Below are positions 1 through 15,546 of a stretch of 64,000 bases of DNA, piece by piece (the first letter of the stretch is position 1; every line of letters starts with the position of its first letter). The DNA is from the human T2T-CHM13v2.0 reference genome, Homo sapiens, in assembly GCF_009914755.1 (NCBI RefSeq), contig NC_060934.1; one strand, written 5' to 3'. The notes below the pieces were generated by a model that was not told where the DNA came from, did not search any database, and saw only the letters and a program-made list of their open reading frames with translations. A program made the position numbers and the translations under genes.

Positions 1-406
1 CTACCTGGGATGTTGAAATCCTGGACAGCTGGAATCTGTACACATGGTCTTAAAATGACAATAGCCGTCTAACTGTTTTTGTAGCACCAGGAGCAATGTA
101 AAGACACACCACCTGTGCACCAGGACAGCACAGAGGTGAGCTCACTATTAGTTTCTAAGTATTTCCAACACTTATATCTTTGGAGTTTTCTTTTTAAATG
201 TTTAAATCAAACGTCTTGGCTAACGCTTAATCAGGGTCATGTTATTCATGCACACCTCAACATGATTGTGTTTTGGAATATATACCACAATTCTTCCCTT
301 GTAAATATACCCTGAATATTTAATAAATAGTTGCTCGATGAATTAATTGATGAATTATAATCAAAGTCTGGACACTAGAAGAATAAAGAAGAAAAAAAAG
401 AAATCT

Positions 407-710
<304 letters not shown>

Positions 711-1267
711 AGAGATCTGTGCTTGGAGCTTCCAAGGGACAGCAAGAGATAACATGGTGGAAGGTTGTGGGGGATAGAGGTGGTGCTTGTTAGGATAGGG
801 AGCAGGTCTGAGAGGGGAAATTGGAAGACACCAAGGGCAAGCTTTTCACACTACCCAAACGTTCCAAACCACCACATAAAATGTTTTTTCTCTGCTTTGC
901 TGTTACTTTTCCTCTTCTTTTTATCTCTACTTTTTCTCTTTCTCTCCTGCTGTTTTCCATTTTGAACATTTCTTCTTTTTTAACTTCTATCCCACTCATT
1001 ATACCAAGATCAAACAATAACTTATACTAATAATTTAGACCTTCTTTTCTTTGGACTTTTAAAATTTTTGTTTTTGAGTGAAATACATGTTTATTGTACA
1101 AAAATTTATATGATCCAAAAGGGGAAAACGATAAAAAGTACATTCCCCTCTACTCCCTGTCCCAAGCTACCCACTTACCCTCCCCCGAGATGAACCAGTT
1201 TTTTGGTGTGCATTTGTCCAGAGAGTTTTCTAAGTGTGTAGGAGCATGTTGCATACATAGTCATCAG

Positions 1268-1662
1268 TGCTGTCTAGACACTCAGAAGGCAGACAAGGAG
1301 ATGGATTTGGGATTGCAGGATACTGATTGGGATCAACCTCTGTGAAAAGACGGGGAAGGAAGAAACAGGACTGGGCAGCGGGAGAAGCCAAACTGCCACA
1401 CAACCTTTGCCAGCCATGGGAGCTGCAGAGCACCTGGCGGGTCAGTCATCCTGGGGTGCGCCGGCATGGCCGACCCTGTCTGCTCCCACCACTATCTGTC
1501 ATTTTGGATCCTGTGAAGAAGGGTATCCAAGTGGGTGAGGTAGTTCTCTACAGCTGAGGCCAACCAGAATACAACTCTGGCTAAAGTCTATCTGCTGTTA
1601 GCTCCCAGCAGCTGGCTATGTCCTTCGTTGGGGGCCTGGTTGGGCACCTCTGTGTTCCCTTT
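1268..1662 (-). mobile_element. ERVL-class LTR (LTR33-like), probable 3' LTR
   Basis: + strand GGATCAACCTCTGTGAAAAG...AGGACTGGGCAGCGGGAGAAG...GGGAGCTGCAGAG resembles the reverse complement of the LTR33 consensus as recalled. Confidence 0.65.
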
Positions 1663-2299
1663 CATCCATCTCAGCACTGCTCGGATAGACTTCTCCATGG
1701 ACACCAAGAAACAGGCCCTCCAGCTTGCTGCTGACCTCTCTTCTGGGGAAAGTGAGGAGAGGGAGGTTAAAAGGAAGACCTGCAACTCCTGCTGCCGCCG
1801 CTGTCCCTGAGCCACAGCAGATGCTCATCCTCACCTGCACCCTGTGTCCTGGAGAGCCGCAGGCCCAGCCACCATCTTTGCTGGTCTTGGGGGCTTACCT
1901 GGTGGGGTGGTCAGCCCTCATCCCTGGGGGGTCTGTGTCCCTGGTCATCATGTCCTTCTTAGGCCAGAAAGGATACACTAGTCCAGTTGGCATCACAAAT
2001 GGCACAAGGAGTGACTTGAGGAGCTGAGGTGCACCTGATCTGCTGATCAGGGTCATACAAAAAGCCGGAGGTGCCTAGGTTGCAGGTGCAACTCATAATC
2101 CACTGAGACTTTTGTGTCCCTTGGCAAAAGTGTGATTCCTTGGGGATCAGGACCTCCAGCCCTGCAGAGCCCAGAGTTGCAGGACTAGGAAACACAAGGT
2201 CCACTGCTGGGTCTTCGGGAGCAATGATAAGGCCACTTATGCCGTTTGGTTTCCAGACCCATGTGTTCTTCCTACTGGGGGGGTCAGACCGTATAAAGC

Positions 2300-2523
2300 T
2301 TTTTTTTTTTTTCTTTTGAGATGGAGTCTCAGTCTGTCACCCAGGTTAGAGTACAATGGCACGATCTTGGCTCACTGCATGCCTGGCTAATTTTTTGTAT
2401 TTTTAGAGGAGACAGGGTTTCACCACATTGGCCAGGCTGGTCTCCAACTCCTGACCTCAAGTGATCTGCCCGCCTCAGCCTCCCAAAGTGGTGGGATTAT
2501 AGGCCTGAGCCACCAGGGCCGGC
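2300..2523 (-). mobile_element. Alu, internally deleted
   Basis: Poly-T plus Alu motifs; part of the right arm missing. Confidence 0.88.
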
Positions 2524-2930
2524 AGCGTAAAGGCTTTTGATTCAAAGTGTATACTGCATTCTGGAGAATGGTGCACCACCATCACACACTGTCACCTCTG
2601 AGTTGACATTTTAGTGCCCCTTTAGCCAACTATTTCAATGCTTGGGCTGGCAGCTTCTGCGTGGTGCAGGCTGTGGTGTGATCAGCCTAGGGAAGTGGGA
2701 GTCCATGCTGCAGGGCTCCAGGACAGCCTCTGTGTCTCTTATCCTGCCACTTCTTTCATGGCTCTACCATGCCAGCACTTGGGTGACCAATGAATGACAG
2801 GGCTGGCTGGTGTCACCAGGGCTGGCTTTGTCGTTCTGTCTGCTTGATTGGTTAGTGCATCTTCTGTGATGGATGCTTCCTGGGAGCAAAGTCATGAGAT
2901 ACAAAGACCTTCATGCTTCACACTCACTCT

Positions 2931-3219
2931 GTTTTTGTTTTTTTTGTTTTGGTTTTTGTTTTTTTTCAGTAGTGCAATGGCATGATCTCGGCTCACCTGC
3001 AGCCTCTGCCTCCCAGGTTTAAGCAATTCTCCTGCCTCAGCCTCGAAGTAGCAGGGATTACAGGGGCCCACCACCACACCCAGCTAATTTTTGCATTTTT
3101 AGTTGAGATGGGGTTTCACCATGTTGCCCAGGCTGGTCTTGAACTCCTGACCTCAGATGATCCACCCACCTTGACCTCCCAAAGTGCCGGGATTACAGAC
3201 GTGAGCTACCACACCCAGT
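2931..3219 (-). mobile_element. Alu
   Basis: Alu consensus motifs on the minus strand. Confidence 0.88.
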
Positions 3220-3503
3220 CTTTCCCAAATCTCTGACCAGAGAGCCAAGTCTTCTATACCACTCACAAGTAGGTGTCTATTGGAATCTTAAACCACGTCT
3301 CCTTCCCACACAGAGTGGATGGCTGGGTGTACCCCTCAATGCTCTGCCCATTGAAGGGATTTTCTCTCACTGTCATTTTTCAAGGCCACTCCTCAGTGAA
3401 GCTGGGATGCATCTGCTGTCTATTTTTGGCTTGCATTTTTATAATGAACTTGCTTATGTAAAACAAGCTCAGGCCTTTCCCTCCCCTGTGAGCTGGGGAG
3501 TCA

Positions 3504-3962
<459 letters not shown>

Positions 3963-4320
3963 TCACCAAATGGGCCTGTGATCCTTTACTTGGGCAAACA
4001 TCCTACGGAAAGGAAAATAACCAACCATGTGAAGAATTAGTGTTGACATTGTTATCTTGAGATCTGAGGTTAGACTGTGGGTGTAGAGAGCAGAAAATAA
4101 TGAATTCCTTGCCAAGGTCCAGTTTACGTGAACCCACCTCATGGTCCATTTTCCCAGTCTCTGAATATGCAATTGGGATTGACATTCTAGAGAACTGGCA
4201 CACTCCCCAAGGCGGTTCCTTGGTCTGTAGAGTGAAGGCATCATAGTGAGAAAAGCCAAAAGAGAGATGCTGAAGCTTCCTCTTCTAAAATCAAGATAGA
4301 AAATTAAAGACAATGTCACA

Positions 4321-5003
<683 letters not shown>

Positions 5004-5200
5004 ATCTGAAGGATGCAGGGGTGGTGGTCCCCATCATATTTCCATTAAATTCACCAGTCTGACCTTGGAAGACACCAGAGAGATCCTGAAAACAACAGCA
5101 GACTACCACAAAATCAGTGAAATAGAAGCCATAGTCATAGCCACCAGAGCAGATTAACACAGCCTCAGGTAGCTTGTGTGCAGCATTACGATTTGGCCAA

Positions 5201-5515
<315 letters not shown>

Positions 5516-5786
5516 TAACCATAAAAGAGAATCAGAAATAGCTGCAAGGGGGAACAATATACATTCACAGTTTTATCCTAGGCCTACGTTAATTCTCCTG
5601 CCCTCTGTAATAATGGGGAAGAGAACTGGATGGTCCAGCTCTTCTGCTGAACATCACGGGGATATTTTGCCAACCAGGCCAGATGAGCACGAAGTAGCTA
5701 ACGTGTTGGAAGTCCCCATAAGGCACATGAGCTGCAGAGAGTGGGAGGGACTCTTAATAATATGCTGGAGGCTGCCACATCCGTAA

Positions 5787-6185
<399 letters not shown>

Positions 6186-7719
6186 TGAGGTTTGCTATCT
6201 TTTCTTGGTCTCTCCATCTGGGCCTCTTATGTTTTTGGCAGGGTCTGTTATCTGATGTCCTACTTTCACAGCAACTTCTGCTCTAATTTGCTGAGCACAA
6301 TCAGCCCAGGTCTCACCTCCTTTTCCCACCATATTGTCCCTTAGATCTCTGCTTTAAGCTCTTAGTTTATAGAGGTTACTGCTCTATTATATTAACAAAA
6401 TCCATGACTGTATACTCAGCCCAGGTGTTTGCCTGTTCCATCACAATCTCTTTCTGGGGCTATTTTACTTTCCCCCCCTTTTTTTTTTTTTGGTTTAACA
6501 TTGAGTTGATCTGTGTTGGGTACCTTTTTTCATTTTTGTGGAAATTTCTGAGTCAGTTCCTTCCTAAGCAAGCCATTTATAGGGGTGTGGGTAGGGAATA
6601 TCCTGAGGTCCTGGTCCAGAGTAGCAGAAATTCTTAGACACAGGGAGGATGTGTGTAGAATCTGTTCTTTTAGCCTTTATTTCACTCCATCAGCAGCTGC
6701 AAAAATGCTTACAGTTTCTTTCTTTTACTTACCTCAGTCACAGTCTGCTTCCCGCAAAAGTGTGATTCCTCATCCCCCAGATCACTGCCTCTTCTACTTC
6801 TCCTGCATTGCAAAAGCAGCCAGGAGCACATCCCATTTCTATTGGTCCAAGCAAGGGAATGTTGGCTTTGCTCATCTATGTAAGCCTCTTACTGTGCAGG
6901 GCTGTGCTATTCTGGTACCTGAGGTGCTCAGCGCAGGGAGCGTTATCCTGTCCTGTTTTTCTTTGCCTGCATATGGCAGCCATTTCCTGTAGTCTAGAGT
7001 CAGACGCGTATTCTGGTTAAAGACCAAGTCTACACTTCTGTTTCTTATCCATCTGTGGCTTCAGGGGATATCTAAGATGACAAAGACCAGGGCCAACTCA
7101 ACTTCTCCCTTTTAAAACTCAAGCGCTTGCTCAGCCTGGGTTGTAACAGTCAAAGCCAAATAGAATTCTTCATCAATAAACTATGATACAGATCTAGGAT
7201 GAGTTTCTAATAAACTAGACTCAGAAATTCCAAGATGGAATTCAAACATTTTAAGGAATCATCCCAAATTCCCAAGTCTTACCCGAATGTTGTTAGAAAT
7301 AAAAATGCTATCTTAGACTTGCAAATCTGTTTCCCTGTACAGAGATGGTGTGTCACAGTGAGCTGGAGCTCTGCCCATGTTTTCCTGGGGGAGCAAGGCG
7401 TGGAATTTCAGAGTACGGCTTTGGAAGCTGGGAACTCTGGGTCCAGGTATTTATGACCTTGGAGAAATAACTTCAAGCTGCCAAATGGAGATGATCACAG
7501 CTACCATGTAAAGCCTATAGGAGGATTACATTGGCTAAAATATGTAAATCACTCTTCCCAGAGCCTGGTGCATAGGAAGTGCTTGTTAAACGACATTATT
7601 GTCAGAGTGGGAAGAATGGCAGACTTCCAATGGGATTGGGGGGACTAAACAGTACAGTGCCAGAGATACGCCTCGTGGGAGCATCGCTGTCCTGCTCATT
7701 ATTTAAATCATATTCCCCT

Positions 7720-7950
7720 TATGAGGCAGCTTAAGATACTGAAAAGCACACTAACCTCAGTCAGGCAACCCTGGGTCCTCATCAGAGTTCAGTCACTCAC
7801 TGGTTGTCCGACTTCAGCAAATCCCCTAACCTCTCTGAGGATCAGTTTCCTGTTCTGAAAAATGTGCATAACAACACCGGTCTTGTTGAGTCACTGGGAA
7901 TGCGTGAGATAATTTACACTAAAACCCCTGGCACACGGTTGGCAGTAGTT
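7720..7950 (+). mobile_element. MIR fragment
   Basis: CCTAACCTCTCTGAG..TCAGTTTCCT...CTGAAAAATG...CCTGGCACA MIR core. Confidence 0.6.
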
Positions 7951-8430
7951 CTCCCCGACTCTCCTAGGAATGTTTTTCCTCTGTGCTGAGCTGTTGTCAC
8001 TGCTCTTTGCAACACTTTTGCTCCACGGAGGGGGAGGATGTAACTTGAAAGGGTTACTAATCCCTCGAAACCCTCAGATCACAGATAAACTCATTTCCCG
8101 ATCATGCCACGTAAGCCAATGATCTGGCTTTGATAACCTGATCACACGTTGGGGACCACATTAAGGTTGCCACTCAAAGCTGTACTCCTGTTCAAAGCGT
8201 TGGAGCAAGGTTTGCTGTTCTGCCCCTGTTCTCTGGGGATAGCACTAAAGGGCACAACGGAAAGGATAACAGTGCCCCAAGGAGGCATCACTCACAGATG
8301 AAGCTCTTGGCCTCACTGGCTGAAGAGTGGGAACCTCCCAGCTGGGAAAGGATAAAAACAGTTTATCATTTTATTGACCATTTTAGGTTGTGTGCATATG
8401 TAAGCTTGGCACTTAAAAAATATCCACACG

Positions 8431-8769
<339 letters not shown>

Positions 8770-8957
8770 TTATGTTTTTAAAAAAGTAAATTTCTTATTG
8801 AAAAGATTAGTTTTCAACTAATCAATGCAATTTAAAAATGTGTGAAAATATTTTCAAACAAGCAGAACAGACACCAATTAGGTGGAAGATGAATTAAAAC
8901 TTTAAAAATTTCAGAAAATTCTATGTACTTTAAAAATTGATGATCTCCTTCATTATA

Positions 8958-9354
<397 letters not shown>

Positions 9355-9600
9355 TGATAATCCCTATCTGGAGCCAGCCATATTGGCAAATACCTTATAG
9401 ATACTTTGTATATATTTATAAATTTTTAAAACAAAAATGGGATCCTTCCATGTAAATTATTTGTCTCTCAACATAATTGAATTTCCCTAAGTTGTTATTG
9501 TTCGCTAGTTTGTTCCTATATTTTTACTATTAGAAACCTTACAGAGCAGGAATAACTGTAGAGAATGATTTAGAAAGACAAAAAAAGTGAAAAAACTTTA

Positions 9601-9897
<297 letters not shown>

Positions 9898-9900
<3 letters not shown>

Positions 9901-10017
9901 AGAAAAAGAAAGAAAGAAAGAAAGAAAGAAAGAAGGAAAGAAGGAAAGAAGGAAAGAAGGAAAGAAGGAAAGAAGGAAGGAAGGAAGGAAGGAAGGAAGG
10001 AAGGAAGGAAGGAAAGA
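9898..10017 (+). repeat. 120-bp purine-only tract (GAAA)n/(GGAAAGAA)n/(GGAA)10
   Basis: Read directly; contiguous GGAA x10 at 9975-10014. Confidence 0.95.
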
Positions 10018-10027
10018 TTTCTGAAAT

Positions 10028-10390
<363 letters not shown>

Positions 10391-10734
10391 CTACACACAG
10401 AATCCTTGGGAATACTTGTTTTTGATCAAATTATAATCTGATCAAATTGTCTTAACTAGCTTGTCTTCCCTCCAGGGCCCACACCCCTTTCTTTTCCTGT
10501 TTCGGGGTCCCCCGGTTCCATCCATGCTGCATACTGTAGCATTTCACCCAGCCTTTCCTGCCAGCCCAAACACCGCCCTTATCTTCTTTCTTCCTGGAAC
10601 ATCTGCCCTGCTAATTCCCAGTTTCCGATGAATTCTACCATCTGCTGCCTGCCAGCCTCCTGCCAGGCGCTGAGCACAGCTGGAGCAGATCACACGACTT
10701 GTTTACGCAGGAGTCACTACCGATGTTTGCTCTG

Positions 10735-10753
10735 CAGCCCCGAGGTGGCGCTC
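10735..10753 (+). promoter_or_regulatory. candidate CTCF site
   Basis: CAGCCCCGAGGTGGCGCTC aligns to the CTCF core CCASYAGRKGGCRC, within a CpG-retaining unique patch. Confidence 0.55.
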
Positions 10754-11399
10754 CAGCGCGTCTGTCTTGTCCCTCTTCTAAAGCTCCACCGTTTTGTGTG
10801 CGCTTTCTGATAGTTGCATGGCCTGGGTTCTGTTCCCCCATTGGGTTAAGCTTTGGATTCTCGGTGCATAAAATAAAGATGATATTTGTTACTATTGACA
10901 GGAAATGGAGGCAAGCATGAGACTGCTCACGTACTAGGAAATGAAGTAAGGCAGTTTTCCTCCTGGAAGTTAAACTAGAAAATTCCTAAACAATGGATGT
11001 GATTGCATCTATGGTCTGTAAACCAAAAAGTTACTTGTGTATGTATGATGGAATGATTTGGGAACAAAGGCACAAATTTTCAACCAAAAAGGGAGGAAGG
11101 AGTGGTCTCAGACTGCAGAGTGGAGACGCCAAGCAGATTAGGGAGTACAGGTAGACAGCAGGTTCAACCTGGAGGAAGTCCTGCAGCTCTGGACCTCCTA
11201 ATCAGGGCTTTTGCACCCCCACCGGTGCTTTGATCACGGGGTGGGGAGAGACCCAGTCTAGACACCTTCTATCTTTGCCCTTCTTCCTTTTTCTGTTTAC
11301 ACGCTATTACTTTCTGCTTCTTTTATTGACCAAGTACGTCCTTCTGCTTCTCACATTTTTATTTTATTTCCAGTTTCTTGCACAAGTGCTTAATTCATT

Positions 11400-12500
11400 T
11401 AGCTTTTTCCAAGTTTTTAATTGATACAAAAACTTAAAACCATGAATTTTCCTCTTAGTACTCTCTGAGCTAAATCCCATGAGTATGTCATTTTCATACT
11501 TTTCTAGATATTATGTTATTTTGATTTTGTTTTCCTTTTTAGTCCAAGTGTTATTTAAGCATTTAAAAATTTTCAAGGGGTAGGCATGTTTTATTTTCTG
11601 TTTTTTCATTAATTTCTACTTTTATTGAATTGCTGCAGATAATATTACCCATATGATTCTACTTATTGGACTATGTTAAGATTTTTCTCTGTGGTTTAAA
11701 ATATGACTAATTGTTGTGAATATTCCTTAGACACTGGAAAAGATGTAATGTCTATTTAGGGGACAGTGTTTGATATATTAGATCTATCATAGGAATTGTA
11801 TTTTTAGGTCTTCTCAATCCCCATTTACTTTTTGTACTCTTCGTCTGGCAAGGAGTGTGCCAATTATTTCTGTCTATTCACTCACTCCTACAGTGTTTGC
11901 TATGAATAATGAGATTATGTGATTTGGTGCAAAGATTTTCCTATTTTTCCTATTTTTTTCTTGATTGTGAATTGTGCTCCTCAAGATTATAAAATGTCCT
12001 TCTTAATCTTACTTAATGCTTTTTGCCCTGAAATCAACTTTGTAGTAAGCGGTTTGTGATTCCTGATTTTTTAAATTTTTTTGCATATTCCTGGTATATC
12101 TTTTCCAATCTTGTATTTTCAAACTCAGAATAACGTTAGCACTTTCTTGTATACAACACTGAGTTGCATGATGGTTTGTGCTCCTATCTGAGATTGTAGT
12201 TTTTTAGTAGGTAAGCTTAGGTCTATATTTCTTCTTGTGAGACATTTGGTCTTGTTCTGTCATATAGTTTGGTTATGCTTTCTGTTTTGTAACTTTTTAA
12301 AATATTTCCCTATATATATATATTTTTTTGCTGTGGTTTTGTGTGTGTGTGTGTGTGTGTGTGCATGCATGTATGTGTGGGTGCATGTATGTGTGGATTA
12401 TTTGAAAGCTTTGTAGTTTTGTTCTGGGTTACCCTCAGAATCATACCATCCCATGACGTCCTTAATCCTCTATTTCTTTAGATTGTCTTTTGTCTCTCCA
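11400..12500 (-). mobile_element. old L1 (L1M-type) fragment
   Basis: T-rich diverged sequence typical of antisense L1 ORF2 (TCTACTTATTGG..TTAAGATTTTT..TGTGGTTTAAAATATG). Confidence 0.55.
12340..12363. repeat. (GT)n microsatellite
   Basis: Read directly. Confidence 0.9.
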
Positions 12501-12849
12501 CTGTATTTCTTTTTTCCCCCTTTTCCCGTTTTCTTAATGACTGGATTTTAATGGATTATAGTAACTTTCTTGGTATACTCCTTCGGACTAAGACGTCTGC
12601 TTAAATCTCTACTATTTGATTTATCGGCTTGAACTCTATTTGACACCCAATTAATTACAGATGTAAAAATCATATTTACCCGAAGTCCCACTTTCCCTTT
12701 CCCTCCCTGCTTCTGTCAGCGACGTCGTTTTTAAAGACCGAGGCTTTATAGCATTGACATTCTTTTCTGTACCCCTAATCGCGGCATCTGTTTCCATAAT
12801 CTTACGCTTAACCTCGTGCTCCTTGCCATCCTTTTGCAGCATCTGGCCT

Positions 12850-13053
12850 ATGCAGACTTATTTTCAACTTTTTGCTTATATAGGAGTGGCTTTGAATGAA
12901 TGAGATCGAGGGGCCTGGAGGGACTTCCCCCACCTCCCCTATCAGAAAGCCCGGCCTCGGACCACTTCTCCTCCTCACCATCTGGGGGCGCTGCCGCGCT
13001 CCCCAAGCCTTGTGGAATTTCGAAAATGTGCGCCAGGGCGACACCTCTTGATG
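12850..13053 (+). other. RBM17: candidate alternative upstream first exon (5' end unknown)
   Basis: Good donor ATG|gtaaga at 13053/13054 at the 5' edge of the CpG island; RBM17 is recalled to have alternative 5' UTR isoforms. Confidence 0.5.
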
Positions 13054-13130
13054 GTAAGAAGACGCCGGCGGAGGGGAGCGTGCAGTGCGGTCCTCCCGCG
13101 GGCAGGGGGCAGTGCGGCAAGGCGCCCTCG

Positions 13131-13181
13131 GCGCAGGCGCAGAGGCCGAAGCAGGCGCAGGCGCAGGCGGGGCGCAGGCGC
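13131..13181. promoter_or_regulatory. three NRF1-type motifs GCGCAGGCGC (13131, 13155, 13172)
   Basis: Exact reverse complement of the NRF1 core GCGCCTGCGC, three copies in 51 bp. Confidence 0.7.
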
Positions 13182-13189
13182 GGGCGCGC

Positions 13190-13358
13190 TCTCCCGGCAG
13201 CCCGCGCTCCCTGACCCCGCGCCGCCGAGCGCCCTGAGGACTCAGCGAAGGGTGGGCGCCGCCGAGGCCTCCTGCCGCTGGCGGGTTTCCGCGGAGTGCC
13301 GCCCGGCTCCGCTCTGCCGCCGGCGCGGCTCATGGGCAGAGTCGGCCGGGCGGGCCGG
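13190..13358 (+). other. RBM17: RBM17 non-coding first exon (5' end/TSS approximate)
   Basis: Consensus donor CGG|gtaagt at 13358/13359 inside the CpG island, just downstream of the NRF1 motif cluster. Confidence 0.8.
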
Positions 13359-15148
13359 GTAAGTGGCGCCCCGGCGGCCCCGGGTGGGTGGCCTGGCGGG
13401 ACCTGAGGCGGGCGCGCCTTCCCGGGAGGCGCTAGACGCAAGCCCGCGGCTTTAGGCCCGTCGCGAGGGGCGGAGGCCGGGCCAGCGCAGCCGGAGCCTC
13501 CGAGGGTCTCAGTCCCCGCGGCGGGCGCTGGTCTCTCCACGCGGCTGCGGCCCGGTACCCTCCGCCCGCCGCCGCCTCTGGTGACCCGGGCCCTGACCTT
13601 CTCCCTCTTCCCTTCCTCCTCCTCCTCCTCATGTCTGCCTCGGGCTGTTTGGTGCTGAAGAGCGTTTCTTCTCCGTCTCGTGCACCGCATCCTGACGAAA
13701 TTGTCTGGTCACCAGAACCGAGTAGCCCGTAGCGTGTCCCCCCTGGCCCTGCACGGTTGCCCCTCTCTGGGGCTCGGAGCCGGTTCCTCCCGGGGTCTCA
13801 GAACTGGGAGTGCAGACGTTGGCGTTTCCCAGACTCCGGAGCTGCCCGGGACAGGAATGCAGCCCTAACCCCGGCGTCGCCTCGGCTCGTGCAGTTTGAG
13901 CGGTGTTTCAGCGCTCACGTCCGACCCCAGGCAGTCTTTGAGCTTCGCCTCTTGCCCCGAGAATGTGTAATGATCGGAGAATGCAGGTGGAATGAGGTTC
14001 TGCCCCTGCTTGCAGGAGTTTGGTTTCTGGGAAAGCAGGCGTGAAAACCCAGGCCCGGGTTGATTTGAGAAACGCAAGTGGGGTCTGGAAGGACCTCTCT
14101 TGAGAGAGGAGGTCATGCTTATGTTGAGTCTTGAAGGTACGTTGTTAGATGTGAGAGGTGGGAAAAAGGCTGCCGGCGGAGGAAGTAAGTGCGAAAGTAG
14201 CAGAAGCGAAGCCCCGTAGTGCGTTCTGGAAGCTGCAGGTTAGGCAGAAAGAAAGGTTTGAGGAGGGGCTGCTGTGTTTCCAGGAGTAGTCAGGTCAGAA
14301 CATGGAGGTTTCTTGAGAAGCAGTAAAGAAGCGCCATTGAGGGTCCTTATTTTGCTAGAGCCAGGCATATGGATGGGAAATAGGATATTCTAGATAAGGG
14401 CAAGATTCGCATATACTCAAATAGATGGGTAGATGTGCACTGGCTCCCCGCAGCAGATGGAGTTTTTAAAAGGATGCAACACAAGTTTCCACATTTTTAG
14501 TTGTAAAGGCTGCAGACATTTTGATCGTAATGACAGCTTTTAGGGAATATGGGGTAACAGTTTAGTGAGCTAAACGAGAGGGCTTTATTTTTAGAGTTAG
14601 TTAAGCAAGGTGCTGCGTGCTGTCCAGTTTATAACAGAGCAGGTTGTGCGGTTGTGGAGCTCTGCGGAACCAAAGGCAGCCTTTCTGGAGGCTCTTGAGA
14701 GAATTGTTGTACACTTCCAAATGCAGCTTTATTTAAAGTGGATTTCTTTTTACCTGGTTTGTTTTAACTTACCTTCCCATTCTCCCCTGCCTATGAATTT
14801 TTCAGACCTCCTCCCAGCAGGGAACAGATGATCCCAGGCTAGTCATCTCTCAAACCTTTCATAATAGTCAATAGTGAAGGAAGTTCTGTTATTTGCCTAA
14901 ATTACAGGTGACTGTAGTGGACTGTGTTTGCAATACTAGCCTATGGCATTTTGGTAACAGCCAGAGGGTGGGATTGAATGGAAAGATTAAACTGACAAGG
15001 GCGTCAGATGGAGGTATGGGAAAAATTTTTTTTTAATTCTTTAGAAAGTCATGGTAGATCTTATACTTGAGGTAGATGCTTTTTAAGCTGTATTTTTTGC
15101 GGACACCAAAGTGCACCACCCCTCCTGTTCCTTTCTGGGTATATTTGC

Positions 15149-15241
15149 CATATATATGTATATAAATATATAAATATTTATATATTTATATATATTTATA
15201 TATATTTATATATTTTTATATATATATTTATATACATATAT
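15149..15241. repeat. (TA)-rich low-complexity tract at the tail of the adjacent Alu
   Basis: Read directly. Confidence 0.9.

Positions 15242-15546
<305 letters not shown>

Larger units (their letters stand above)
12900..14080. promoter_or_regulatory. CpG island promoter of RBM17
   Basis: Very high GC and CpG density against the CpG-depleted flanks; overlaps the first exon(s). Confidence 0.92.

Noticed and set aside
12848-13690. 280-aa antisense ORF across the promoter
   Set aside because: Ala/Arg/Pro/Gly-rich low-complexity translation with no recognisable domain; long ORFs are expected in stop-poor CpG islands
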